DNA of 64,000 nt from Octopus vulgaris (lineage: Eukaryota): positions 15,190,001 to 15,254,000 of the forward strand of contig OX597827.1 in NCBI GenBank assembly GCA_951406725.2. Direction: 5' to 3'. The notes beneath the pieces were generated by a model, which worked only from the letters and a program-made list of their open reading frames with translations, made no database searches and was not told the origin of the DNA. The stretch's first letter is position 1; every line of letters starts with the position of its first letter. The position numbers and the translations under genes are program-made. This document shows, one piece after another, positions 25,335 to 38,410 of the stretch.

Positions 25335-26800
25335 TATATATACTCTTTGTGTGTTTGAGAGAGAGAGAGAGTGTGTGTGTAGTGTATGTGACTTTGTGTC
25401 TGTTTGTCAGATATCCACTACCGTCTGACAACCAGCGTTCGTTTGTTTACGTCCCCGTAAATTGGCGATTCGGCAAAAGAGACCAATACATTAAATACCA
25501 GACATTAAATCGAAATGCAAATACTAGGATCGATTTGTTCGACCAAAACCGGCCAAAGCAGTCCCTCAGCAGAACGCAGTCCATATTTCCTAATTAATCC
25601 TCTAAATTTAATTAGAAATAACATTGCTAAGTCAACTAGGTAGAAGCATGAGTTATCTGGAACAGCCAATCTGTTGATAATACCAAGTTGTTTGGACAAC
25701 TGCCTTACTTACATGCTTAATCAGAGCTGACCAGAGGCTAAACAAAATTTAGCCAATGTTGGAATGATATGGCAGAGAATATTCCCAGTTTTGAACAGCA
25801 AACAGTTAAAGGGAAATTTAATCCTACATTTTCAGGAGTTTTCAAATTCTTCAAGATCTCCACTCCTGGTGGAAGGAGAGGGAAGCAGTTATCCTCAGAC
25901 TGTAGAGAGTATCTGAATGTGTACAAGAGAGTGAATCCCACAAGAGAGTGAAGCACTTAAGGACCAGGTGAGGGAGTTAAATTGGTCAACTGATTAAGTC
26001 TGCTGCCCAAGAACTAAGAATGCAAAGAGCTGTAAAAATACTGTTAGACATTTCTGTCTAATGCTTTAACAATTTCAATTAACTATTTCACTGGTACTTT
26101 ATTTTATTGACCCCTAAAAGATGAACAGTGAAGCTGACCTTGTTAAGATTTGAATATAGACCACAGGGAGCTAGAACAGATGTTGCAAGACATATTATCC
26201 TACATTTTCAGGTGTTTGTAAATTTTGTGATTGTCAGAGTATTCAAACCACTATTCCACACAGCTGTAGAAGTACTGGAAATAGAGGTTCTGAGTTCCAA
26301 CTCACTTATGAGACATTCAGATATCTAAGAATTTATTTTTTTAATGACTTAATCTGAAGAAGAGTACATGACCCTTTTTAGGGCTTCTGCAGCTGGTGGG
26401 AGAAAAAAAAGAAGTCTTCTTCAGACTAAATTCTTGCAATAGAGTGGACCCTCTTAAAGGTACCCAAATATCCTCAGGTGGTTGATTTAGGACTACATAG
26501 GAATGCTAAGAGAATTGGCTGGTCAGAACTTTGAAGAAAGTAGAAATATGAAATATAATAGAAACTGCATGGAAGATTACTCAGAAGAAGAATTTTGTGC
26601 AGAAACAAACCTAACACATGTCAGCATGATGGAATAACAGAGGTAAAAATGATGATGATTGTGAATAAGGGAAGAAATCATTTAGTAAAAATAAAAGTAC
26701 TTTCATAAGTCAAGGATGGAACAATAATAAATAAAAAGGCAGAAAATATATATATATAGTAAAGAAATATAAAAGAAAAAGTAAAGAAATATATATATAT

Positions 26801-27112
26801 ATCACCGTGATCACTGTGACTGACCAGGCTATCAGATGTTGCTACACATAGCTGGTCACAATGCGCTTCGCATTGTTTTAGCCTTCAAATGACGCCACCC
26901 CGCTGGCTAAGCGAGCAGGCCAACAGAAGAAAGAGTGAGAGAAAGTTTGCGGCGAAAAAGTACAGCAGGGATCGCCACCACCCACTGCCGGAGCGTCGTG
27001 GAGCTTTAGGTGTTTTCGCTCAATAAACACTCACAAAGCCCGGTCTGGGAATCGAAACCACGTTCCTACGACTGCAAGTCTGCTGCCCTAACCACTGGGC
27101 CATTGCGCCTCC
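26801..27112 (-). mobile_element. SINE family B head with alternative tail (B2)
   Basis: Tail ..ggcctgctcgcttagccagcgg..gatcacggtgat; second copy at 60907-61217. Confidence 0.85.
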
Positions 27113-27128
27113 ACACACACACACACAC

Positions 27129-27526
27129 ACTCTTTTACTCTTTTACTTGTTTCAGACTGCAGCCATGCTGGAGCACCGCCTTTAATCGAGCAACTCGACC
27201 CTGGGACTTATTCTTTGTAAGCCCAGTACTTATTATATCGGTCTCTTTGCCAAACCGCTAAGTGACGGGGACATAAACACACCAGCATCGGTTGTCAAGC
27301 AATGCTAGGAGGACAAACAGACGCACAAACATACACACACACATATATACATAGATATATACGACAGGCTTCTTTCAGTTTCCGTCTACCAAATCCACTC
27401 ACAAGGCATTGGTCGGCCCGGGGCTATAGCAGAAGACACTTGCCCAAGATGCCACGCAGTGGGACTGAACCCGGAACCATGTGGTTGGTAAGCAAGCTAC
27501 TTACCACACAGCCACTCCTGTGCCTA
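27129..27526 (-). mobile_element. SINE family A
   Basis: Similarity to the other copies. Confidence 0.9.
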
Positions 27527-28474
27527 CATATATTTATAAGATAATGTATGATGAGAAATGAAGCAGACTCTGACAGAGTATTAAAATTTAAGTTGTATCT
27601 GATATTTTAGGGTAGATAACAGCTGGAAAAATCATGGATGTAAAAGTAAACAGAGTTTAAATAGCTTTGCCAGGAATAGCAGATAAGCTATGTTATATGA
27701 ACTGCATGATGAGTGTTGGAGATGTAGTTAATAATATATGAATAGCTAAGGTCTATAAAACAAAGAAGAAATTTCAAAAACACCTGTAAGTTAATAGACT
27801 GCTGAGTCAATAAGGTAGCAAAAAAATCTAGTAAAGAGTTAACGCTAAGTTATCAATAATTCTGTTATGTGCAGACACACGACTCTTAGTAGCAAATCCC
27901 ATATAGCATTATAGTGTAGACTAGCACATAGTGCTAGTGCATGCATATACAGCTGCATGCATGCGCACATACACGCAAGTACTTTCCAAATCTCCGACCA
28001 ATCACATACAGCTAGCTGGCATTCAATTGGCATATCAAGTTTTTGGATAGAAAATTCACAAAAAAGTCACTTCTATTGATTTTTTAATGGCTTTGCGGGG
28101 TGACTGGGGAAATGTAAAGATGTGCACGACCACCCTTGGATGGTTTTGAATGACCATAGAAAGTGTGAGCCCTCTGACTGAAAAATTGTGGATTTGTATA
28201 AAGGATACACACACAGACGTTTTGCCGTTTATATATATAGAGATGTAACAAGGTGGTATAATTAATTGCTGTGAGCAGTCACTAAGTAATTAATAAGTAT
28301 TTTGTCGATTGCTGTGCTGGATTTAATTGATCTGGTTAGAGAAGCTGCTTATGGTAAGATTAGTATCTCGAGGAAATTCTTTTCCAAGAAACTGAAGATA
28401 GGCACTATCTGTAAGGATCCTTTTGCACAGACAAAATAACATTGCTAACTTTTGAGTAATCTCCATGCAGTTTC

Positions 28475-28707
28475 TTATTTCTTTATTGCCCACAAGGAGC
28501 AAAACACAGAGGGATAAACAAGGACAAACAAACGGATTAAGTCAATTAGATCGACCCCAGTGCGTAACTGGTACTTATTTAATCGACCCCGAAAAGATGA
28601 AAGGCAAAGTCAACCTCGGCGGAATTTGAACTCAGAACGTAGCAGCAGACGAAATACCCCTAAGCATAACGCCCGGCGTGCTAACGTCTCTGCCAGCTCA
28701 CCGCCTT
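28475..28707 (-). mobile_element. SINE family C monomer
   Basis: TSD catgcagtttct. Confidence 0.9.
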
Positions 28708-29884
28708 CTGCATGCAGTTTCTATTATATTTCATATTTCTACTTTCTTCAAAGTTCTGACCAGCCAATTCTCTTAGCATTCCTATATAGTCCTAAAACCA
28801 CCACCTGAGGACATTTGGGTACCTTTAAGAGGGTCCACTCTATTGCAAGAATTTAGTCTGAAGAAGACTTCTTTTTTCTCTCCTACCAGCTGCAGAAGCC
28901 CTAAAAAGGGTCATGTACTCTTCTTCAGATTAAGTCATTAAAAAAATAAATTCTTAGATATCTGAATGTCTCATAAGTGAGTTGGAACTCAGAACCTCTA
29001 TTTCCAGTACTTCTACAGCTGTGTGGAATAGTGGTTTGAATACTCTGACAATCACAAAATTTACAAACTCCTGAAAATGTAGGATAATATGTTTTGCAAC
29101 ATCTGTTCTAGCTCCCTGTGGTCTGTATTCAAATCCTAACAAGGTCAGCTTCACTGTTCATCTTATAGGGGTCAATAAAATAAAGTACCAGTGAAATAGT
29201 TAATTGAAATTGTTAAAGCATTAGACAGAAATGTCTAACAGTATTTTTACAGCTCTTTGCATTCTTAGTTCTTGGGCAGCAGACTTAATCAGTTGACCAA
29301 TTTAATTCCTTCACCTGGTCCTTAAGTGCCTTTAATGGGATTCACTCTCTTGTACACATTCAGATACTATCTACATTCTGAGGATAACTGCCTCCCTCTC
29401 CTTCCACCAGGAGTGGAGATCTTGAAGAATTAAAGAGTGATGAGCAACGCCCTTACCTCCCAGACTAAATGATTTTAAAAAGACATGAAATAAATATAGA
29501 CTAACTCCAAAAACATGCAAATTCCTCCAACATCAAAAGAGGAGTTTTCAAGGTCAGTGCTTACATCTAGTTGTATTATATTTAAAGTAGATGAGAATGC
29601 AATCTCATTTTGGAAGCTGCAATGTTCAATGATGTATTTCCAATAACATTCCATGATGACATGGTAGCTATTCTGGGCAGCTAGATAAACTAAAGAAATC
29701 TGAAATAAAAAGGTTCTTCTCAGAAGCAGCAAAATGTGACGGTGATAAGCAAGCATCACTGTGATACAACTGATGTTTGTTTTCACTCATTCATGGAAAA
29801 TATTACCTTGCTTAGAAAATGGGGAGGGTTGGCAACAGGAAGGCCATCCAGTCACAGAAATTCTGCCTGACCCATATAAACACG

Positions 29885-30314
29885 GGTATCAGCGCTGCCT
29901 TGACTGGCTTCTGTGCCAGTGGCACATGACCTGCTGTGCTTGAGGACACCTATTGAGTCAAGTACATCAACATCAAAATGAATATCAAATGGAAATAGTA
30001 GTTGTGATACCTGTGCCAGTGGCACGTAAAAAGCACCATCCGAACGTGGTCGATGCCAGCGCCGCCTTGACTGGCTTCTGTGCCGGTGGCACGTAAAATG
30101 CACCAACCGATCGTGGCCGCTGCCAACCTCCCCTGGCACATAAAAAGCACCCACTACACTCACGGAGTGGTTGGCGTTAGGAAGGGCATCCAGCTGTAGA
30201 AACATTGGCAGATCAGACTGGAGCCTGCTGCAGCCTCCTGGCTTCCCAGACCCCGGTCGAACCGTCCAACCCGTGCTAGCATGGAAAACGGACGTTAAAC
30301 GATGATGATGATGA
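29885..30314 (+). mobile_element. retroposon 3' region with internal repeats and (GAT)n tail (probably RTE-associated)
   Basis: Repeated ggcacgtaaaaagcacc motif; ends ggacgttaaac(gat)n. Confidence 0.65.
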
Positions 30315-33300
30315 TATATATATATATATATATATATTTATTTATTTATATTTTATCAACGGTATATATTGTGAGTGTGCTAGATGAGCACTGCACAGCC
30401 ATCAAAGATGGTAAATTCATAAATTCTCACTCAACAATTTAGTCACAGATCATAAAGTGAAAGTAATATTTTTCTATCCACAATTATGAGATATTGTGGC
30501 TGTTGTTCTGGTGACAGAACTGGCTGTCAAGAATGCAGTGTAATTCAGGGTATGGCACTAAGTGGATGGTACAATAATGAAAGTATGACCAAAATGAGGA
30601 CCAATATGAGAACCAACATTCCACAAGCACGCATCCGGTGTTTGTTTTCAAGGTGAGAAGTTTTATGTATAAAATTGTTGAAAATTAACTGAAACTATTT
30701 TGCTTGATAATTCTGTTCTTTCACTATCAGCATGTAATATGGAGTAATTTTTTTTTAAACTCTAAAAATACACACTCAATAGCAAATATTAAATCAAAAT
30801 TTTGAGTTGTTGGCGTTATTTTAAAATTTGTGTGTAAAATGAAATTAATCTCTAAATTTGCAATTCATACAAATTACAGAACATGCGTGACAATTCGTAT
30901 TACATATTCAAACTAGGCCGAGGGCGACTTTGCCTTTCATCCTTTCGAGATCGATAAATTAAGTACCAGTCAAGTACTGGAGTCGATCTAATCGATTGGC
31001 CTCCTCCCCCAAAACTTCGGGCTTTGTGTCAAGAGTAGAACAAGAAATTCATATTACATAATCAATATGTATTACGTATAAAAATAACTCAAAGTTTGTA
31101 GGCTTATTTTTGAGTAATAATAAATAGGTTCAGCAAGTAACACAGTGCACGCACTCCATAACAACAACAAGAAAAGCATCTACACATACGTGTAAAGTGA
31201 TATGTCAAGCTGCGTCCGATAACTTGGCCGCTCGACAAATAGAGATCAAAAGAATAAGTGCTAGACTGAAATAAAGTCTGCGGTCGAAACGATCAACAAA
31301 AACTCGCGAAGGCAGAGTCCCAGTATGGCCCTGTATGTCCAGAGCCTGAAACTAGTAAAAGGGATAAAAACAAAACTTCAGCCAAGCAATGAAACGGATT
31401 CCTCTTTTAATTTAGTAGAACTATTGAATATTAAAATAGCAACGGGTATATATAAATGTTAAAGTAGCAACGGGTATATAAATTATTGAACAAGAAAAAT
31501 TGCTAAACAAAATGTTTAATGAAATTCCTGACATTAATTGGTAAGTGAAATTATCCAGTTGTATTTATCTATTTACAAGGCATTAAGAATGAACTACTAA
31601 TGAAGTACTACCACTCAAATGACTAAATACGAGCCAAACACGGAGCCTCTATGAAATCGTTATACTTACTAGAAATAGCAGCCAAATCCCTCCTAAAACC
31701 ATCCCCAAATGTTTTAAACCCTTTTCCACTTTAGGCACAAGGCCAGAAATTTGGGGGGTAGGTGGATAGTCGATTACATCGACCCCAGTGCTCAACTGGT
31801 ACTTATTTTATCGACGGGGTGGTCATCGCTGGAATTCCTTTGATCTTAGGTCTATTTGATCAAGGGATGAACTGATGCTAAATAACTGGCATCAGTTGAG
31901 ATTTTGGTTTCATAAGGGTTCGATAGTTATTCACCTTCGATATAGATGTAACTGACATATCTTTCTTTTCAAGTATTAAAGTTTATTATTACAGTTTAGA
32001 CACCGTGATTACGGCGATAATATTGCTTGTCTAAAAATTGAGAGAGAGAAATAGTCTATCAGGTGAAAATAAAATAAAAACTGTTTAAATCATAAAAGAA
32101 TAAATTAATTTAAAGCTTCATTCTTTTATAATTAAGGTGTTCTTTCACCTCATCTAAATTACATATTATGCGATTTTTTAAAAATCAAATAACTGATAAC
32201 TTATATTCAATTTATACTCAATACAGACAGAAAAATATGGTTTACTACAAAAGTTATGTTCTTAAGAATATAAAGAAATAGATGAGTTCGGAATGTTTTA
32301 ATAGCGATAAATATTATCATTTGTCCGCAAAGTGGGGGAAAAGCTGTGGCATTTAAGTGCGTATTTTATTTTTTAATTTGCTTCTTTTAAAAAAAAATAT
32401 TTATAATACTTATATAATAAGTGATCCAGCCATTTATTTTATCGCATCACGTATCACTTAAGAAAGCGACATTCGAAATTTTAAATTGAAACATCAGAAA
32501 AAAATAAAAAAAGACAAGAAGCCAAAGTAATACATAAGCAGGAAAAAAAAAACAACTGGTCAGAAATTGCATAAGAATTAACATAAAAAAATTTTTTCGT
32601 AGAATTTGCGTATCAAAAATATATAAAAGTACGACATGGTGATCGATATCAAAACGGGCACCTGAAATATCTGTATCAATTAACAATAAATTGCATTTTA
32701 TCTTAATAATATTTTAAATAAGATGCTTAGTCGCGGCTACAAAATGTCGACAGGGGCTGATTTCGAGATATTTTTCTACTCACGCCTTTTTTATTTTATT
32801 TTTTATACACATCCAAGGAGCGTTACGAAATTTTTTTTCATCGTTAGCAAGTAGCAAGAACAATTAAGTCGGTGTGACCGGTGTAAAAGTCCAATTTCAG
32901 TAAATACCATTAGGTCTTCCTTAGAATTGGTTTCTAAGTAAAACAAGCTATCGTTGAGATCTTCTAATTGCTATTAAAAACGTCAGGATCTTTTTAGAAA
33001 CGTTTGATGTTTGGTAAAAAAACATATTCGAGTATATTTTGGCAGATTTTCTACTGGAAACACAACCAATTCTATGGTGCTTTATAATTGTCTCCCTTCA
33101 TCTCTATTTTTCTCAGTTGACATGTATCCTCCCCTTTTCTTAACTTGTCTTTCTTCACCCCTCCTACTCCTATGACCGCTTGATCCTTAATTGAAGTTCC
33201 AACTTATAAGTAAGGTAAGTGCTGCAACAGATAAACTCTACAATACACCACCTGTTGCTTAATTACATGAATCACTTTCAAAAATTAGTAAATTTATTTA

Positions 33301-34849
33301 TTTCTATTAGCAATTATTTTCTTTCTTTAATCAGCCTTTTATTATTATTATTATTATCATTATTATTATAAATCACACATGAAATGTTCTTTTCCTTCCG
33401 TCCCCATTTAATACTAGTTCCTAGTTTTACTTTGGCAACGATTACTGGTAATTATGTCATCGTCGAAAATGTGTCAGGCTGATCCGATCTGTGATGGCCT
33501 GTGACATGAATGCTTCCATCTCGCTCGCACCAATTCCAGACTCACTCTTACCACTTTGAGTAAGAACTATCAAATTCGCTGTCAAACAGGCAAATTGTGA
33601 TTAAGTCGACCGAAATATAAATAGTATTCATTTTTAAAAATTTAATCTAAGAAAATCTATTTGCTTTAAATATTTTTCTTTTTTTTATATATTTTTAGAG
33701 AAAGAAAATATTTCCCCAGAAAAAATGTTAAAATTGTTTAAATTTAAAGTGAAAAATTAATATTTAAAAAGTTTCTCTTTACAATCACAAAAATGTGCTG
33801 GAATTAAATTGAAAATTTTAAAAAATATTTAGCTTGGCATCTTTTGATCTTTGATGCTTACTTTCCTTTTGCACAAAAGTAATACCTGTCTTGTATTAAA
33901 AGTTTTCTTTCTAAACCGGGAAATAAGAAATCAGCGATTGTCATGGTTATGAAAAAAAATGAAATAAAAAGTTTAAAATTTCTTTATTTTGTTTTTAATT
34001 TGCTTTCTGGTTATCCTTGATTACAACTCTAACGAAGTAAACTTACTAACTACTTAGATATCAAAATTTATTTGTAAATATTGTGACATTCGGATTTTAC
34101 CTATTTCTTTCATAACATCCTTCTTTTAAATTAATTAAAATAATAAGCTGCACACACCTTCTATTTATCTGTATTCGTTAATTTGATTTTTTTCTAAATC
34201 ACTTTTCATTATTTTGCTTATAGATTATATTAACAAATCCAATATGCCTCTACGGGCCATATTCAAAAGCTGTCGTATTTTTGTGAGAAACCTGTGTAAG
34301 GTTTAATAATTTTATACTTCTCGATAAAATCTAGTTTAAAACTGTTGCGTATTATAACATGTTTTGGTTTACTGTCATATTACATAATAATATCAGTGTG
34401 GGATCCAAACCTTATTTGTCACATTACCTTCCACTGGTTGTTACATCAAAGCAGTACCTTGGTAGATATTTTGCGAAGTGACCATACACTTCTCTTCAAT
34501 TACCCTCAGAAGTTAAAGATTCTTTACTAGTAATAACTATTATCATTTTTTGTGTAATACTACTTTTCATTAGGTATATCTATATTAGTCACCAACCACT
34601 TACGATCGGTTTAAAATGATGCAGTGTTCAATTAACACCAAATATTAGTGCAACAACTTTCTCTACAAGTGATTAAAACCTGAAACGAAAACGTGAAGCA
34701 AGGCAGATAATTCCAATATCAGCCAAGCGGAATGTTTTAGTAGTTAAAGATGATGATATCAGAGTGGATCTTGTCTTTAAAGGTTATTAATCTCATTGTG
34801 AGATCGTACCGTATGTGTATATATATTTTTTAACGTAGAGCGCTCCACG

Positions 34850-35172
34850 GATATTTCCCTTCGGCCATATTGTAGAGGTTCTTAACCAGTATCGTTGTAT
34901 GGGAGGTCACAGCTTCGGAACTACGGGCAGGTGATTAGAATGTCGCAGGAAACAGTCGCAATCGGGATTCTTCAAACCGAGCCAGCCGGCTGGAGAGACC
35001 TACTGGTAGACCAAGAATGAGATGGTTGGATGGTATCCAAAGCTTCAGTTGGTCGCGCTTGGAACTCCGGACGGAAAGAGGAATGACGGTTGCTTCTGAT
35101 TAAGACCGTATGGAGGAGGTGATTGGAGTTCTCTATTCCACAAGCCTCCCAAGGATATCGGGCGTTGAAGAT
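34850..35172 (+). mobile_element. RTE-type LINE 3' end (decayed)
   Basis: QLRNYGQVIRM..RPTGRPRMRWLDGI pattern. Confidence 0.7.
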
Positions 35173-35386
35173 GTGTGTGTGTGTGTGTGTGTGTGCGTGC
35201 ACTAATCATTTGTGCCTTTGTGTGTGTGTGCACTAATCATTTGTGCCAACTGAGCACAAGATATTTCGCTGAGGTCTAATAAGATCGAAACATATCCGTT
35301 ACTTTTTACCATTCAGCTTTAAAGACAAGATCCATTCTCATCTAATTTGTCATTGTTTTGGTTGATATTATTAAAGTTATCTCCCT

Positions 35387-35417
<31 letters not shown>

Positions 35418-35760
35418 AATATTTTAAACACTCTTAAGGTCAGTTTTTCCCTACCAATTTCAGGGATAGTTTCAGTTCACCGGAATTTTCCAGTTCACTG
35501 TTACATAAGTGGGACCCTACCGTATCTCTAAAGTTACATTGCCCATAGAGCCGGGTTAAAGTCAGCTGGTACACTAAGCAAAGCACAGCTCGACAAGGTG
35601 CTCCTTCGACCCTTCCTTTGACAAGACAGTGACATAGGAGCTGAATATGTAACTCACTTTTCTTTCAGACCAAATCCTACAATTATATTACAATTAACCT
35701 GTTTTATTATTTATTTCTAAAATTTTATTTATAATTTGCAAAAATATATAAATAAAAGTA

Positions 35761-36143
35761 TGGAAGCACTCCGTCGGTTACGACGACGAGGGTTCCGGTT
35801 GATCCGAATCAACGGAACAGCCTGCTCGTGAAATTAACGTGTAAGTGGCTGAGCACTCCACAGACATGTGTACCCTTAATGTAGTTCTCGGGGATATTCA
35901 GAGCGTGACACAGAGAGTGACAAGGCCGGACCTTTGAAATGCAGGTACAACAGAAACAGGAAGAAAGAGTGAGAGAAAGTTGTGGTGAAAGAGTACAGCA
36001 GGGATCACCCCCCACCCTGCCGGAGCTTCGTGGAGCTTTAGGTGTTTTCGCTCAATAAACACTCACAACGCCCGGTCTGGAAATCGAAACCGCGATCCTA
36101 TGACCGCGAGTCCGCTGCCCTAACCACTTGGCCATTGCGCCTT
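35761..36143 (-). mobile_element. SINE family B
   Basis: Full length; TSD aaataaaagtat. Confidence 0.9.
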
Positions 36144-36199
36144 CAAATAAAAGTATATGCATGTAGTGAACGTAGGTGGCTTACTTAGTCGGAATAAGC

Positions 36200-36530
36200 T
36201 CCGTATCTTCATCGTTCTAAGGCGGAGGTGATGTCTGTGGGAGAATGCGATGTCGATTTGGCAAGCACCCCGATTCTGGTGGCCCTAATGGAATAGATCT
36301 AATTACAAAACGTGCATTAGCCAAAGTAAAGCTCCTCTCAATTTTCGAACCAATGAATAGGTGCCTCATATGGGACCCCACTGTTACATATTCTTTCGCT
36401 CCATCATGCACCTTAAATGCTGCGTTGGAGCTGAGATTGAACGGAACAAGACCCCGAAATACTGTAATTTGTAGGTGAATTTTATTTCTCGACCTTTGGC
36501 GTTCGAAATTTTGTCTTTGTTAACATCTCA
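36200..36530 (+). pseudogene. restriction-like endonuclease C-terminus of a CRE/R2-group retrotransposon (decayed)
   Basis: NRCLIWDPTVTYSFAPS..KYCNL..PLAFEIL resembles G+.L.WD.TV.D..A..K..KY..L..F.P.A.E.LG. Confidence 0.5.
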
Positions 36531-36699
36531 GCTTACCAAACAACCGTGTGATCCTCGTAGGGGCGCATAGCTGTTTCAACACCCTGTGGTGGATCGTGGA
36601 GATATCCTGAAGTTTAAGGGTTGCCTTATAATTTTTTTCAAGAGAAATACTAGTATATCTATCCTCGTTTATCACGAGAAAAGGATTGGTTCTGAAAAC

Positions 36700-36892
36700 A
36701 CAGTAAGTTAATCACCCTCACGTATTTTGTTAACGGAACGAATAGTAGATTTGTTAACACCAAATCGCGGCCCACGGCAGCAAAGCTTCCACCGTCACAG
36801 ATTTTCTTGGTCACCTCTACATTTTCCTGTAGAGAATACACTCGCCTGCATTGTTTGTTAGCATCAGGCACCTTCGTATTCATTCTGTTCAC
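36700..36892 (-). pseudogene. Tigger/pogo transposase N-terminal HTH fragment
   Basis: RRVYSLQENVEVTKKICDGGSFAAVGRD, then frameshifted GVNKSTIRS. Confidence 0.6.
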
Positions 36893-38052
36893 CGATCCTA
36901 TGTTGATGGGTACGAGTATATAAATCTGTATTTAAAAAATGACTTCACAGCACAGTCGTGTAAACACAAAGGATAATCAGTGCATTTTAGTTAGCTGAGC
37001 ATTGTGAGCGGTCGCTTGGGCGCCGTTTTGCGGTATAAGCGGAAAATTCGTTTGATCGCCGACCTGTGTTATCATTATCAATGTGTGACAAGCGTAACAT
37101 GGTTCTCAATTGAGCGTATAATGAAACTTAATGCATTCCCTATTTTAGTGTGTCAATAAGAAAATGTGTTTGCATTTGACACATGCTTATTGTTATTTAT
37201 TTAACACCAAATAGCAGTAAGCGGTTTAAGCAAATTATTTATAACTAAGACGACAAAAAGCAATTCAAACTTTCAACATTTTTTTTTCATTCGGAATTTT
37301 TTAATCACGCTAAAATCTAATTTGCACCATGATAAATCTGGCACTGGAAAAAAATGTGGTAGATGTGTTGCTTCCCAACCACATGGTTCCGGGTTCAGTC
37401 CCACTGCGAGGCATCTTGGGCAAGTGTCTTCTGCTATAACCCCGGGCCAACCAAAGCCTTGTGAGTGGATTTGGTAGGCGGAAACTGAAAGAAGCTTGTC
37501 GTGTGTGTGTGTTTGTATTTGTCCCTTCTCCGATCATCGCTTGACAATGGGTGTTGATTTGTTTACGTCCCAGTTACTTAGCAGTTCGGCAAAAGAGAAA
37601 CCGACAATAAGTACCAGGATTTTTTTTTAAAGGAGTACTGGTGTCGATTCGTTCAACTAAAACCCTTCAAAGCGATCGCAGCGTGTGTCTGATTACTGAA
37701 ACAAGTAAACGGTAAAAGATACCCGCCCTCTTTTTGTTGGTGTCTTAAGCACTTGCTGCTGTTAAATGGTTCATCTGGCTCTGATTACCGAAATCAAAAG
37801 TTTCCAACTAGAGTTGGAAAAATGTCAGACTGTATCAGAAAAAGATTAAAAAGAAAATAGCAAGCATAGGAGAGAGTGAGAAAATGCACCCAGGGTATAG
37901 TAGAGTTTGTTTTGAGACTAATATATTCTCTGTTGAACCAAAGTAAGAATATCTTACTTCTTGTACTAGCGGTGGTAGTCATCGCTTGACAATGGGTGTT
38001 GATTTGTTTACGTCCCAGTTACTTAGCAGTTCGGCAAAAGAGAAACCGACAA

Positions 38053-38410
38053 GCGTACAAAAGACGGCCAGAAGAAACGCTACAAGGACTCCCTGAAAAC
38101 GAACCTCAAAAAGTGTGACATTGACTTCACTAACTGGGAGGAAACGGCAAAAAACAGACCACTCTGGAAAACCACCATCCATGAGGGAACGGCGACTTTC
38201 GAGTCGAAAAGGTCTGCAGAGCTGGATGAGAAAAGACGACGACGGAAGGAGCGCCAACAACAACCACGTGCGACTCTCCCTTCCGGCACTAGATGTCTGC
38301 ACTGCGACCGATCTTTTCAAGCAAGAATTGGTCTTATCGGTCACCTACGGACTCACCAGTAAATTTGCGCGAAGACCATCATCCTCGACCTTGAGGGATT
38401 GCCATAAAAA
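38053..38410 (+). mobile_element. RTE (BovB-like) LINE 3' end
   Basis: Uninterrupted GQKKRYKDSLKTNLKKCDID..WEETAKNRPLWK..CLHCDRSFQARIGLIGHLRTHQ* (C2H2 finger), then a short UTR. Confidence 0.9.

Larger units (their letters stand above)
25845..29431. repeat. large inverted duplication (arms 25845-26586 and 28449-29431)
   Basis: Arms highly similar in reverse complement (see ORFs 26128+ and 28954-); the right arm carries an extra SINE C. Confidence 0.9.

Noticed and set aside
30487-30652. Cys-rich 55-codon ORF ending at a GT donor
   Set aside because: No recognisable domain or partner exon; could be chance.
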